Positions 1 through 9,723 of a stretch of 64,000 nt of DNA are shown here, one piece after another. The position numbers were made by a program, and so were the translations under genes. Source of the DNA: Tubiluchus corallicola (Eukaryota > Animalia > Priapulida); NCBI GenBank assembly GCA_030141605.1, contig JAQGDQ010002399.1:29220-93219 (forward strand), read 5' to 3'. Each line of letters starts with the position of its first letter. The stretch's first letter is position 1. Below the pieces are notes generated by a model. It was not told where the DNA came from. It saw nothing but the letters and a program-made list of their open reading frames with translations, and made no database searches.

Positions 1-83
1 TTTTGGCTGATATAGCTCCCACATTGCTGAAATTGATGGATATTGAGCAACCTGTGGAAATGATAGGAAAACCGCTTGTTTAA
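1..83 (+). CDS. gpmI: 3' end of 2,3-bisphosphoglycerate-independent phosphoglycerate mutase (partial, runs off window)
   Basis: Frame from nt 3 reads LADIAPTLLKLMDIEQPVEMIGKPLV*, matching the typical iPGM C-terminus (LADIAPT...P.EM.G..L). Confidence 0.8.
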   Translation, partial: LADIAPTLLKLMDIEQPVEMIGKPLV

Positions 84-264
84 TACTTAGAAACACAGAA
101 ATAACTTTTTGTAGAAAGTTTACTCTGTACACAGTTTTTGAGAGTAAATAAAATAGCAGAAAAAGAATAAGAAATAAAGAGGGGAGAGGGGTAAAGAATA
201 AATAAGATTTATATATTTAGATACTTATCTTTTTGTATTTGGTTAACCGTAAAATCTAAAAACT

Positions 265-1434
265 ATGAGACCACTCAGATTATTTCTACTATTTATATCG
301 TTTCACATTTTCTTTTCATTGAATAGTTGCTCACAATCTGCTACCAATAATAAAGAAAAAAAGTTTACCTCAGAAAAGCGAAACTTTACTGTAGTAGAGA
401 TAGCAGATAACCTCAAATTTCCTTGGGGTATGGCTTTTATTAGCGAAAATGAAATACTGATAACAGAGAGAAACGGAACTGTAAAGCTATTTGCCAATCA
501 AAAAATGTATGAACTAGAAGGCTTGTCCATTGATGTGGCTGCTAAGGGACAGGGTGGCATACTTGATATTGCTTTGCACCCTAAATACAAAGAGAATGGT
601 TTTGTATATATGACTTATTCGAAACAACAAACTGATAAGTTATCTGCTACTACCTTAGTTCGTTTTAAATTGAAAGGACGTAAAGTATACGACTTTGAGG
701 AGATTTTTGTAGCCACACCTTGGCAAGAGGGAAGGTTGCATTTTGGGTCGCGAATTACTTTCGACAATGAAGGGTATTTGTATATTTCATTGGGCGACAG
801 GTATACTTATCCGGGAGCAAGTAATATTACAAGACCAGAAAAAGCCTCACCTCAAGATTTGAGTATGCATATGGGGAGTATCATACGCTTGAAAGATGAT
901 GGAAGTATACCCGCTGACAACCCATTTGTAAATACAAAAGGAGCAAAACCAGAAATATATTCTTATGGTCATAGAAACCCGCAAGGTTTGACTTTTAACA
1001 TTAAAAATAATACTCTTTATTCTCACGAACACGGAGCTAAGGGAGGAGATGAGCTTAACATCATTAAAAGAGGTGAAAATTATGGTTGGCCTGTTATAAC
1101 ATATGGAGTAGATTATTCGGGAGGCAAAATAGGCATTGGGACACACAAGGAAGGAATGTTGCAACCTATATACCATTGGGATCCGTCTATTGCTCCTTCG
1201 GGAATGGTTTTTTGTTTCTCTTCGAAGTATCCAGAATGGGAAAATAACTTGTTCATAGGTGTTCTTAAATTTGGTCTTCTGGTACGATTGGAGATAGAAA
1301 ATCATAAGGTTATCCACGAGGAAAGATTGTTAGACAACCATTTTGGGCGAATAAGAGATGTAAAAATGTCGCCACAGGGCTATCTTTATGTATTGACTGA
1401 TTCGTTCGACGGTAAAATGTTAAAAATAAAATAG
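265..1434 (+). CDS. PQQ-dependent sugar (aldose) dehydrogenase, YliI/GSDH family, probable lipoprotein
   Basis: Motifs PWGMAF, GQGGILDIALHP, HFGSRI, YSYGHRNPQG, EHGAKGGDELN, GRIRDV; signal peptide ending LNSC. Confidence 0.9.
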   Translation: MRPLRLFLLFISFHIFFSLNSCSQSATNNKEKKFTSEKRNFTVVEIADNLKFPWGMAFISENEILITERNGTVKLFANQKMYELEGLSIDVAAKGQGGILDIALHPKYKENGFVYMTYSKQQTDKLSATTLVRFKLKGRKVYDFEEIFVATPWQEGRLHFGSRITFDNEGYLYISLGDRYTYPGASNITRPEKASPQDLSMHMGSIIRLKDDGSIPADNPFVNTKGAKPEIYSYGHRNPQGLTFNIKNNTLYSHEHGAKGGDELNIIKRGENYGWPVITYGVDYSGGKIGIGTHKEGMLQPIYHWDPSIAPSGMVFCFSSKYPEWENNLFIGVLKFGLLVRLEIENHKVIHEERLLDNHFGRIRDVKMSPQGYLYVLTDSFDGKMLKIK

Positions 1435-1627
1435 CCTTTTTTATTATTAAAGGAGTTAAAAAATTACTTGCGAAGAAAACAATATAATTATAGAAAACAA
1501 TAAATTCGCACTTCCTATACCAAGTAAAGGACTTGATATTGTTACAAGAAAGCAAAGTTTTGTATTATTAACAAAATTTATATCTGTTATAGTTATAACT
1601 ACTATTTAATTATTAAACTTTAATATT

Positions 1628-2416
1628 ATGACAAAAAAACTTACAATTATAATCCTGTTTGTTTTTGCAATTAACATTTTAAAAGCAGAAAAAAATTCTA
1701 TGTATGTAAAAAAAGAGTATAAGAACAAAGAAGGTGCTGTGCTTCCTTATAGGATGCTTTATCCTAAAAACTATGATAAAAATAAGAAATATCCATTGGT
1801 ACTATTCCTTCACGGAGCAGGGGAAAGAGGTAGTGACAATGAAAAGCAGCTTACACACGGCTCTTCATTGTTTTTAAGAAAAGAAATAAGAAAAAAATAT
1901 CCTGCTATTGTTATAATGCCTCAATGCCCCCAAGACGATTATTGGGCAAAGGTAGATGTATCAATGAATGATGATGGGTCGAAAAACTTTGACTTTACCG
2001 ACAAAGATGAGATTACTCAACCCTTGCAGTTGGTTTTAGAACTTGTTGAAAGTGTTATAAAAAAGGAAAGTGTTGATACTAATAAACTTTATATAACGGG
2101 CTTATCTATGGGGGGCTTTGGTACATTCGAGCTATTGGCACATTGTCCAGAAATGTTTGTTGCTGCTGCTCCTATATGTGGAGGGGGAAACCTAAAAAAA
2201 GCAAATAAATATGCTAAAAATGTAAACTTGTGGATATTTCACGGTGCAAAAGACGATGTAGTTTCTGTAGAGCACTCAAGAAATATTTACAAACAATTGA
2301 AGATACATAATGCAGAGGTTAAGTATACAGAGTATCCAGAAGCTTATCACGATAGTTGGGAACTTGTATTTGATGAAAAAGATTTTATCCCTTGGATGTT
2401 TTCGAATGTAAAATAA
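1628..2416 (+). CDS. Secreted alpha/beta-hydrolase (phospholipase/carboxylesterase or S9-like)
   Basis: LFLHGAGERG, nucleophile elbow GLSMGG, WIFHGAKDDVV, HDSW; signal peptide. Confidence 0.85.
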   Translation: MTKKLTIIILFVFAINILKAEKNSMYVKKEYKNKEGAVLPYRMLYPKNYDKNKKYPLVLFLHGAGERGSDNEKQLTHGSSLFLRKEIRKKYPAIVIMPQCPQDDYWAKVDVSMNDDGSKNFDFTDKDEITQPLQLVLELVESVIKKESVDTNKLYITGLSMGGFGTFELLAHCPEMFVAAAPICGGGNLKKANKYAKNVNLWIFHGAKDDVVSVEHSRNIYKQLKIHNAEVKYTEYPEAYHDSWELVFDEKDFIPWMFSNVK

Positions 2417-2717
2417 AGGAAAATTACAAATGTGATACATTACAATTCTGTTGTTTCCTGATGTAATTTTTATTTGACATATCTCTTAGCGAGCAATTTT
2501 GTAAATAGCGAATACAAATGTAAAAACACAAACAACCCCCTTTAATGTAAGTATTAGTTCCTTGCAATTTTTAAATAAGAAAAACCATCGGACTTTAATA
2601 AAGTACTAAAAGTAAATGATAAATAAATAAAAGTCTATATATTTGAACTTTAATGTAGAACACTAATAATTACATATTACCATATTTATTTTTATTACGA
2701 AACTAAAATTACTTATT

Positions 2718-3068
2718 ATGAAACTAAAATCATTTATTATACTTTTTTTACTGAGTGTGTCTGTAATGATTTTTGCCCAAAGCAAACAGCAAAAACAAGC
2801 AGAAAGATACGCAGCGGAAATTGCTGAAAAATTTAATCTCGATGAACAACAAAAAAAGGAGGTTGAACAGCTAAAATTAAACCTATATGAAAGACATAGA
2901 ACAATTAATAATAATGAATCTTTGTCAAAAGAAGAAAAAGAAATTCAAAGAAAATCAGCAACAAAAGAAACCAACCAAGCAATTACTGAAATAATAGGAA
3001 TGGAGAATAAAAAAGAATTGCTTGAGTTCAATAGGAGTTTTATAACAGATAATAAACGGAGGAAATAA
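2718..3068 (+). CDS. Small secreted helical hypothetical protein
   Basis: Signal peptide (IFA-Q) followed by charged helical sequence (LNLDEQQKKEV-like). Confidence 0.65.
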   Translation: MKLKSFIILFLLSVSVMIFAQSKQQKQAERYAAEIAEKFNLDEQQKKEVEQLKLNLYERHRTINNNESLSKEEKEIQRKSATKETNQAITEIIGMENKKELLEFNRSFITDNKRRK

Positions 3069-3217
3069 AGGTAATGCAGAATTGAAAAAATTAGACGGGC
3101 GGTAATTATATAAGGTGTTTTTTCATTGAACAAAACAAAGTTTTACATTTCGTTTTATTTATGTTTATAGAATTTGAGATGGGATGGCTTTCTTGTTTTC
3201 TGTAAGGAGGTGAAATT

Positions 3218-4300
3218 TTAGTTGTTGATGTGTAGATAATCGTAATGTATAAAAGGTTTTTGATTTTTCTGTTTTATTTTACTTTGTGCTATGGTGGAGT
3301 TATATGTAACCTTGCCTAATCCTATGTAGCAGTTTTTGTGGTCGTATACTTTTACTATATCGTCTTTTTCAAATTCGCCTTGTATTTTGGTAATTCCTAC
3401 AAATAAAAGGCTGGTGGCTGTTGAGGTTAGTAAGGCTTCTTTTGCTCCTGCGTTGATAAAGACTTTTCCTTTGGTATAATTTTCGCTATGGGCTATCCAT
3501 TTTTTTACATTGGTACTTTGCTTGGATGCTACAAAATGGGTATTAACTATATCTTTTTTATTGTTTATAAGGTCTTTTAGTATACCTTTTCGTTTGCCAC
3601 TGGCAATATGCACATTTATACCTTCGTTAGCTACTTTTTTGGCTATGTTGTATTTGGTAGTCATTCCGCCACGTCCGAAGTTGGATTTATTAGGAGCAAT
3701 GTAGGAGGGTATCTGGGTGTCATTAGGGTTCACTTGTCCGATAACTTTGGAGTTTTTGTCTTGTGGACTGCCAGTATATATTCCATCTACATTAGTAAGT
3801 ATAATAAGAGCTTGGGCGTTTACCATTGTAGCAATTAAGCCTGATAGTTCATCATTGTCGGTAAACATTAGTTCAGTTACCGAGGTGGTATCATTTTCAT
3901 TTACAATAGGTACAATATGGTTGTTTAAAAGGGCTGTAATGCAGTTTTTAATGTTGAGATAATGTCTTCTACTTTGAAAGTCATCGCGTGTGGCAAGCAC
4001 TTGGGCACAATGGGTGTGATGCTTCTTAAATAGTCGAGCATATTGATTGATGAGTTTTACTTGCCCTACTGCGGAATGTAGCTGACGAAACGATACGGGG
4101 TCTAACTTTTTGTTGATATTTACAACATTCTTACCAGAGGATACAGCCCCAGATGATACCAGTATTACCTCTATGTCTTGTTTTTGGAGGTTGGCAATTT
4201 GTTTTACTATGCGATTGATAAATCTAACATTGAGTTTGCCTGTGTTTCCAGTTATAATGTTTGAACCTATTTTTACTACTATGCGTTTGTACTTGTTCAT
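3218..4300 (-). CDS. proB: Glutamate 5-kinase with PUA domain
   Basis: VVKIGS, VSSGAV, AVGQ, PIVNEND, DNDELS, GRGGMTTK. Confidence 0.95.
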   Translation of the reverse strand: MNKYKRIVVKIGSNIITGNTGKLNVRFINRIVKQIANLQKQDIEVILVSSGAVSSGKNVVNINKKLDPVSFRQLHSAVGQVKLINQYARLFKKHHTHCAQVLATRDDFQSRRHYLNIKNCITALLNNHIVPIVNENDTTSVTELMFTDNDELSGLIATMVNAQALIILTNVDGIYTGSPQDKNSKVIGQVNPNDTQIPSYIAPNKSNFGRGGMTTKYNIAKKVANEGINVHIASGKRKGILKDLINNKKDIVNTHFVASKQSTNVKKWIAHSENYTKGKVFINAGAKEALLTSTATSLLFVGITKIQGEFEKDDIVKVYDHKNCYIGLGKVTYNSTIAQSKIKQKNQKPFIHYDYLHINN

Positions 4301-4457
4301 AGGGCAGTGCTGTGAATTTTTGGTAAAAATATATAATTTTAAAAGTTATTGTATTTTCTTTTTTTAGTTTTTTTATTTTTAGTGGTGTAGGTGAGCGTTT
4401 GACTTGATGCAAGCAAGTAATAAATGAATTTGTAAGGGTCTAAAATATGTTGCTTTT

Positions 4458-5777
4458 TTATATTCTTGATAGGTCTAAGCCTTTAATTTTTCGGTAGAGT
4501 TTAAGTGCGTATATATCGGTCATACCAGAAATAAAATCCAAAATGGATTGTATTTTATCATAAGGTTTGTCGGTGATTGGGGTATATTGATGGGGTATGA
4601 GAGTAAGGAGCATCTGTGTGTAGTGGGTGTGTGGGGAGAGTATAGCATCGATAAATTCGTCTAATAGTGTGCTAAGTATTTTGTATCCGCTTATTTCTAT
4701 CTCTATAACTGATGAGTGGTTGTATATTTTGTTGTTTGAGAGTTTTTTGGCGTGTTGCATTGCCTTTTGCATTGTGCCTTTCAAATCGTCAACAAGAGTA
4801 TTATTGTATGTGCCTTGTAATATGTGTTTATGTTTTTCCCAAAAAATATTGCTGCATTCATTTACAAGTTTACCTATTATTTTAGCTCTTAGGTAGGTTA
4901 TTTGTTCGTTGGTGTCGGACACGGTGGTTAGGGTTTTCTCAATGTTGCTAAGTAGTTTTTTGTCGCTTGTAGTTTCTAAGAAAGCAAATAATATGTCTTT
5001 GGTTTCTTGTGTGGTAAGTATTTGTAGTTTGTGTGCATCTTCTATATCCATAATAAGATAGCAAATGTCATCAGCTGCTTCTACCAAATATACTAAGGGA
5101 TGACGAACTTTTTCTTTAAGTTGTAGTTTTTTTACTATTTTTTGATAGGTAGAATGCTCTGTATTAAAGTAGCCATATTTGTTGCTTTGTGTTTTATGTG
5201 TGGAGCTAAAAGGGTATTTTATGGTAGAGGCAAGTGTGGTATAGGTAAGGGCAAAGCCTCCTTCTCTTCTGCCTTTAAATTGATGTGTAAGTATGCGTAG
5301 GGTATTGGCGTTGCCTTCGAAGTTGGATATATCTTTCCATTGTTCTGGGGTGACAGATGTTTTATGTTTTCTCCCTTTCCCCTGTTTGAAGTAATGCGAT
5401 ATGGCTGACTCTCCACAATGCCCAAAAGGAGGGTTGCCAAGGTCGTGAGCTAAGCAGGCAGCTGCTACAATATTCCCAAATTCGTGGGTGATTTCTTTGT
5501 CATCTGTCAAGTCTGTAGCTCTTAATTTACTACCAATTATTGCTCCTAATGAGCGTCCTACACTTGCTACTTCAAGGCTATGGGTGAGTCGGTTATGCAC
5601 GAATATACTACCCGGTAGAGGGAATATTTGCGTTTTATCTTGTAGGCGTCGAAAGGCAGATGAAAAAATAAGGCGGTCGTAGTCGCGCTGAAATTGAGTG
5701 CGTTCGGTAGCTTTGTTGACGGTGGATATGTTTTCTATACCGTAGCGTTGTGGAGATATGAGAGTGTTCCAGTTCAT
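4458..5777 (-). CDS. dgt: Deoxyguanosinetriphosphate triphosphohydrolase (HD family)
   Basis: RDYDR, FRRLQDKTQ, HNRLTHSLEV, HDLGNPPFGH, EAADDICY, DFISGMTD. Confidence 0.93.
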   Translation of the reverse strand: MNWNTLISPQRYGIENISTVNKATERTQFQRDYDRLIFSSAFRRLQDKTQIFPLPGSIFVHNRLTHSLEVASVGRSLGAIIGSKLRATDLTDDKEITHEFGNIVAAACLAHDLGNPPFGHCGESAISHYFKQGKGRKHKTSVTPEQWKDISNFEGNANTLRILTHQFKGRREGGFALTYTTLASTIKYPFSSTHKTQSNKYGYFNTEHSTYQKIVKKLQLKEKVRHPLVYLVEAADDICYLIMDIEDAHKLQILTTQETKDILFAFLETTSDKKLLSNIEKTLTTVSDTNEQITYLRAKIIGKLVNECSNIFWEKHKHILQGTYNNTLVDDLKGTMQKAMQHAKKLSNNKIYNHSSVIEIEISGYKILSTLLDEFIDAILSPHTHYTQMLLTLIPHQYTPITDKPYDKIQSILDFISGMTDIYALKLYRKIKGLDLSRI

Positions 5778-5906
5778 TCTGCTAAGATAGAAGATAAAAT
5801 TTAGATATCCATTTTTTGTTGGGTTATAGTATCCTTTACTTTCATATAATTAGGTAAAATAAGTTTGCTTTTTTAGTTCTTTACATTGTGAATATTAATT
5901 TTTGAT

Positions 5907-7658
5907 TTATAGTTTTCGTGTGTTGTCTTTGAGCCATTGTTTTTCTACTGTTTCTAAATGAGAGGATAGTTTTTTATATACAATTTGATGATAGTTGTTG
6001 AGCCATTGAATTTCTTGAACTGTCAGTAGGCTTTTATCTATTAGTTGTAAGTCTATGGGGCATAAAGTAAGTGTTTCGAACTGGTAAAAATTGCCGAATT
6101 GATTTTGTTCTTTTTTTATACAAAGTAGAAGGTTTTCTGTGCGTATGCCGTATTGTCCTTCTCGGTAGATACCCGGCTCGTTAGAAGTTATGGAGTGTAT
6201 AGGTATGGGGTGTTTTCCTTTATAACTAATGGAGTGGGGGCCTTCGTGAACACTAAGAAAACAACCTACTCCGTGTCCTGTACCGTGCAAGTAATTGAGG
6301 TTATGTTGCAGTAGGGGCTGACGAGCTAGCAGGTCTAATTGTTGTCCTGTAGTATCTGATAGGAATATGGCAGTGGCTAAGGCTATATGTCCTTTGAGAA
6401 CAAGGGTAAAGTCTGTTATTTGTTGCGGTGTGGGGTTGCCTAATGTAACAGTACGGGTAATATCTGTTGTTCCTTGTAAGTAATGTCCGCCAGAGTCTAT
6501 AAGTAATAGTTCTTTGGGGTGTATGGCTTGGTTGCTTTTTGAGGTAGCCTGATAATGAACGATAGCTCCGTGTTGCCGATAGCCTACTATGGAGGGAAAG
6601 CTTTCGGAGACGAAATCTTTTTGCTGTGAGCGGTAATGGTATAGTTTTTCTGCTATGGTGAGTTCAGTAATATTTTTTTTACCAATAGTATTGTACAGCC
6701 AGCATAGTGTTTTTACCATTGCAACACCATCTTTTACGTGGGCTTGTTTGGCATTTTTTATTTCTGTAAGGTTTTTTGAGGCTTTTAGAATAGTGGATGG
6801 GTTGGGTTGGTGTAAGGTTTTAGTGTGTTTGGGGATGTAAGAATATAGGTTTTGATTAATCTTATTGAGGTCTAAGGAAATAGTATCTTGGGGGGTAAGT
6901 TGTTGCAAATCATTGTATATTTGATTGTAGTCTTTAATAACAATTTCACTGTTTATAAGTGTTTGAGGGTGTTTAGAAGAATCAATGTATAATATAGTTT
7001 GTTGGTGGCTTATAAGTAGGTAGGCTATAGCAACTGGTGTGTATTCTATGTCGTTGGCTCTTATATTGAGTATCCAAGCAATATCATCTAAGGTGGTAAT
7101 AATATGATGCGTAATTTTTTGCTGTTTAAGTTCAGTTTTTATCAAGTTTAGTTTTTCCATTCGGGTATTACCTGCATATTGAGGAAGGTACTCGTAAACT
7201 TGGGAGCAAGGTAGTGAGGGTCTGTTTTTCCAAAGAGGTGTTATAAGGTCTTTGTTTTGTAGAGCTATCTTTTTGGGTGCAAGTGTGTTTTGTAGTTGTT
7301 GGTACTGTGTTGCAGATATTAAATTGAAGTCTATAGCTATAATTTGGTTATTCTTTATGTGGTCAAGTAGCCACTGTTTGTAATCAGGATATGGAGATGT
7401 ACCAAGCGTATAAGCTTGTATAGGTGTATCTTTTAACTGCTCTTTGGCTTGGAGGGTATAACGCCCATCTGTCCATAGTGCAAGTTTTTCAGGAGTAATA
7501 ACAAGTATTGCATTAGAGCCTGTAAATCCTGTAAGAAAAGCTACTATCTTCCAATATTCGGGCGGGTATTCGCTCTGATGGGAATCAACGTGATGTATAA
7601 TATAGGCTTGCAGGTTGTTTGTTTTGAGCCTGTATTGTAGTTGTTTTAAGGCTTGCAT
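5907..7658 (-). CDS. Xaa-Pro aminopeptidase (M24B)
   Basis: DSHQSEY, GFTGS, WTDGRY, DSGGHYLQGTTDITRT, HGTGHGVG, HEGP, NEPGIY, GIRTEN. Confidence 0.93.
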   Translation of the reverse strand: MQALKQLQYRLKTNNLQAYIIHHVDSHQSEYPPEYWKIVAFLTGFTGSNAILVITPEKLALWTDGRYTLQAKEQLKDTPIQAYTLGTSPYPDYKQWLLDHIKNNQIIAIDFNLISATQYQQLQNTLAPKKIALQNKDLITPLWKNRPSLPCSQVYEYLPQYAGNTRMEKLNLIKTELKQQKITHHIITTLDDIAWILNIRANDIEYTPVAIAYLLISHQQTILYIDSSKHPQTLINSEIVIKDYNQIYNDLQQLTPQDTISLDLNKINQNLYSYIPKHTKTLHQPNPSTILKASKNLTEIKNAKQAHVKDGVAMVKTLCWLYNTIGKKNITELTIAEKLYHYRSQQKDFVSESFPSIVGYRQHGAIVHYQATSKSNQAIHPKELLLIDSGGHYLQGTTDITRTVTLGNPTPQQITDFTLVLKGHIALATAIFLSDTTGQQLDLLARQPLLQHNLNYLHGTGHGVGCFLSVHEGPHSISYKGKHPIPIHSITSNEPGIYREGQYGIRTENLLLCIKKEQNQFGNFYQFETLTLCPIDLQLIDKSLLTVQEIQWLNNYHQIVYKKLSSHLETVEKQWLKDNTRKL

Positions 7659-7666
7659 CAGTGGGT

Positions 7667-8734
7667 CTATTTTATAGTTACATCTGCGTATTTGCTGAAT
7701 ATAATTATATTGGCTTGTGTTTTGGGGTTATTACCTATTGTTCCCTGTATGGTAGTTGTACCGTTGTCTTTATATTGTTTTACATTATATTTTTTAGGAT
7801 AGTATATACTGGCTTCTTCTACTTCCGCATTAATGTTGTAGTTAGCTTGTGGACTTACTTTAAGTTTAACAGGTATATTTTCATTGTCCATCTGTAAGTA
7901 ATTGAAGTTGCTTGATATATTTTCTATATTGAATGCACCGTAATTGAGCTTTGTGTTGAGGACTCTTTGCAGAGTATTTATATTAAATGTAGTGTGGTTG
8001 CCGGTAGTATTGAGGTTCTTTATGTTGTTGATTTGGGTTTTGTCAGATTGAGTTTTATAGTTTAAGGTAGATATGTTGTTTATTTTTATAATAGAAAATT
8101 TACTTTCTAATTTAATATTATCTGCTTGTGTTACATTAAGTTTCGAATGGTTTGTAGTAAGGTAAGCATTTGTTATTTTGTCTATAAATATTTCTGCAAA
8201 GTTTCCTCCTATTTTACAGGGGGTTGTGTTGGTTGTTGGCCGAACTTCTTTTATTCTTAATTCTCCGTAGCTAATATATATATCTGAGGGAGCTTGTATT
8301 TTATTTATTGTAATATTTCCAAAGTTGTTTTCTAAATTAAGTCTTATACTTGCTGGAACTATTATATCGAAAGTTATCTGATAGCTATGATTATCGGTTA
8401 TTCCACCACCTAATAAGGTGTTAATATTCAAAATATTGTTTTTTTTAAGAAACTTAATTTCTATTTCTTTTAATATGTTTTTTGCCTGAATAGTATCGTT
8501 TGTATCTACCAATATTGTGGTTTTTACAAGTATCAGGTCTGTATAGGCATCAGTGGTAACATTAATATCTCCAAACTTATTATCATTTAATGAAATAGCG
8601 GCTATATTGTCGCTAATAAAAGTTGTATCTACTGTTTTAAGCCTAAAATCTATGTCTTCTTCCCATTCTATCTGTGAGAATAAATTGGAAGTACAGAGAG
8701 TGATAAGTACGGTAAATTGTAATAATAATTTCAT
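7667..8734 (-). CDS. Secreted beta-strand-repeat protein (DUF4097/adhesin-like)
   Basis: Signal peptide; repeated N-x-FG-x-I / SYG / SKY(F) beta-strand motifs. Confidence 0.55.
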   Translation of the reverse strand: MKLLLQFTVLITLCTSNLFSQIEWEEDIDFRLKTVDTTFISDNIAAISLNDNKFGDINVTTDAYTDLILVKTTILVDTNDTIQAKNILKEIEIKFLKKNNILNINTLLGGGITDNHSYQITFDIIVPASIRLNLENNFGNITINKIQAPSDIYISYGELRIKEVRPTTNTTPCKIGGNFAEIFIDKITNAYLTTNHSKLNVTQADNIKLESKFSIIKINNISTLNYKTQSDKTQINNIKNLNTTGNHTTFNINTLQRVLNTKLNYGAFNIENISSNFNYLQMDNENIPVKLKVSPQANYNINAEVEEASIYYPKKYNVKQYKDNGTTTIQGTIGNNPKTQANIIIFSKYADVTIK

Positions 8735-8738
8735 AATA

Positions 8739-9509
8739 CTATAGTTTTTTTATTTTTACCAATACAGGACAATGGTCAGAGTGGTATACATTGGGAAGTA
8801 TTTCTGCTCCTTGCAACCTGTCTTTAAGGTTGGAAGTTACCAAGTGGTAATCTATTCTCCATCCCAAATTTTTTTCTCTAGCATTAGCCCTGTAACTCCA
8901 CCAGCTATATTGATTAGGTTCTGGGTTGTATTCTCTAAATGTATCTATAAAGCCGTCTGCTATAAACTCATCAAACCACTGACGTTCTTCAGGAAGAAAA
9001 CCTGAGCTTTTTTTGTGTCTTTCGGGGTGGTTGATGTCTATAGGCTTGTGGCAAATATTGTAATCACCTGATATAACAAGGCGGGGAGTAGTTTGTTTCA
9101 CCTTATTTATATATGCTTTGAAGTCGTAGAGGAACTCCATTTTATACTTTTGCCTTACATCTCCCATTGTGCCTGATGGAAAATAAGCGTTTATAACTGT
9201 GAAATTGTCAAAATGGAGTTGTAATACCCTTCCTTCAATGTCGTATTTAGGATTATCCATTCCATTTTTTGTTAGCTTAGGAGGTATTTTAGTAAGAATA
9301 GCTACGCCACTATATCCTTTCTTTTGTGCTGGGTGGTGGTAGAAGCGATAGCCAAGTTCTTCGAAGATGGACGTGTCTATTTGGTCGTTTTGTGCTTTGG
9401 TTTCTTGCAAACATATAATATCATAATTGTTTTCCTTTACCCATTGAATGAAGCCTTTTTTAATAGCTGCTCTTATGCCATTGACGTTGTATGATATTAT
9501 TTTTAACAT
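8739..9509 (-). CDS. xth: Exodeoxyribonuclease III / AP endonuclease
   Basis: SYNVNGIRA, CLQETK, KKGYSGV, GDYNICH, WWSYR, GWRIDY, SDHCP; start moved to 9509 (MLKIISYNV) because a TATCTTTG element lies at 9541-9548. Confidence 0.95.
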   Translation of the reverse strand: MLKIISYNVNGIRAAIKKGFIQWVKENNYDIICLQETKAQNDQIDTSIFEELGYRFYHHPAQKKGYSGVAILTKIPPKLTKNGMDNPKYDIEGRVLQLHFDNFTVINAYFPSGTMGDVRQKYKMEFLYDFKAYINKVKQTTPRLVISGDYNICHKPIDINHPERHKKSSGFLPEERQWFDEFIADGFIDTFREYNPEPNQYSWWSYRANAREKNLGWRIDYHLVTSNLKDRLQGAEILPNVYHSDHCPVLVKIKKL

Positions 9510-9540
9510 TTGTTTGTTGATGTGTGTGTTTACAAAAAAA

Positions 9541-9548
9541 CAAAGATA
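9541..9548 (-). promoter_or_regulatory. Bacteroidota sigma-A -7 element for the xth operon
   Basis: Reverse complement TATCTTTG fits TAnnTTTG. Confidence 0.55.
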
Positions 9549-9723
9549 TAATAAAGTATAATCCACAAGGCGAAATGTACAGTTTCCTCGTTCTTTTTAT
9601 TTTTTTGGGTTATACATAGCCTAAACAATTTGCTGTCTTTAAATTTTTAAAAATTTTTACTTGTTACGAGCGGATAATTATCTGTCATTTTTTATTAGGG
9701 TGTTGTATTTATGGCTTTGTCTC

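Noticed and set aside
4458-5777. dGTPase (and the dCMP deaminase at 55967) as nucleotide-depletion anti-phage systems
   Set aside because: Both look like ordinary Bacteroidota housekeeping forms among core genes; the deaminase is short with no kinase domain and there is no defence-island context
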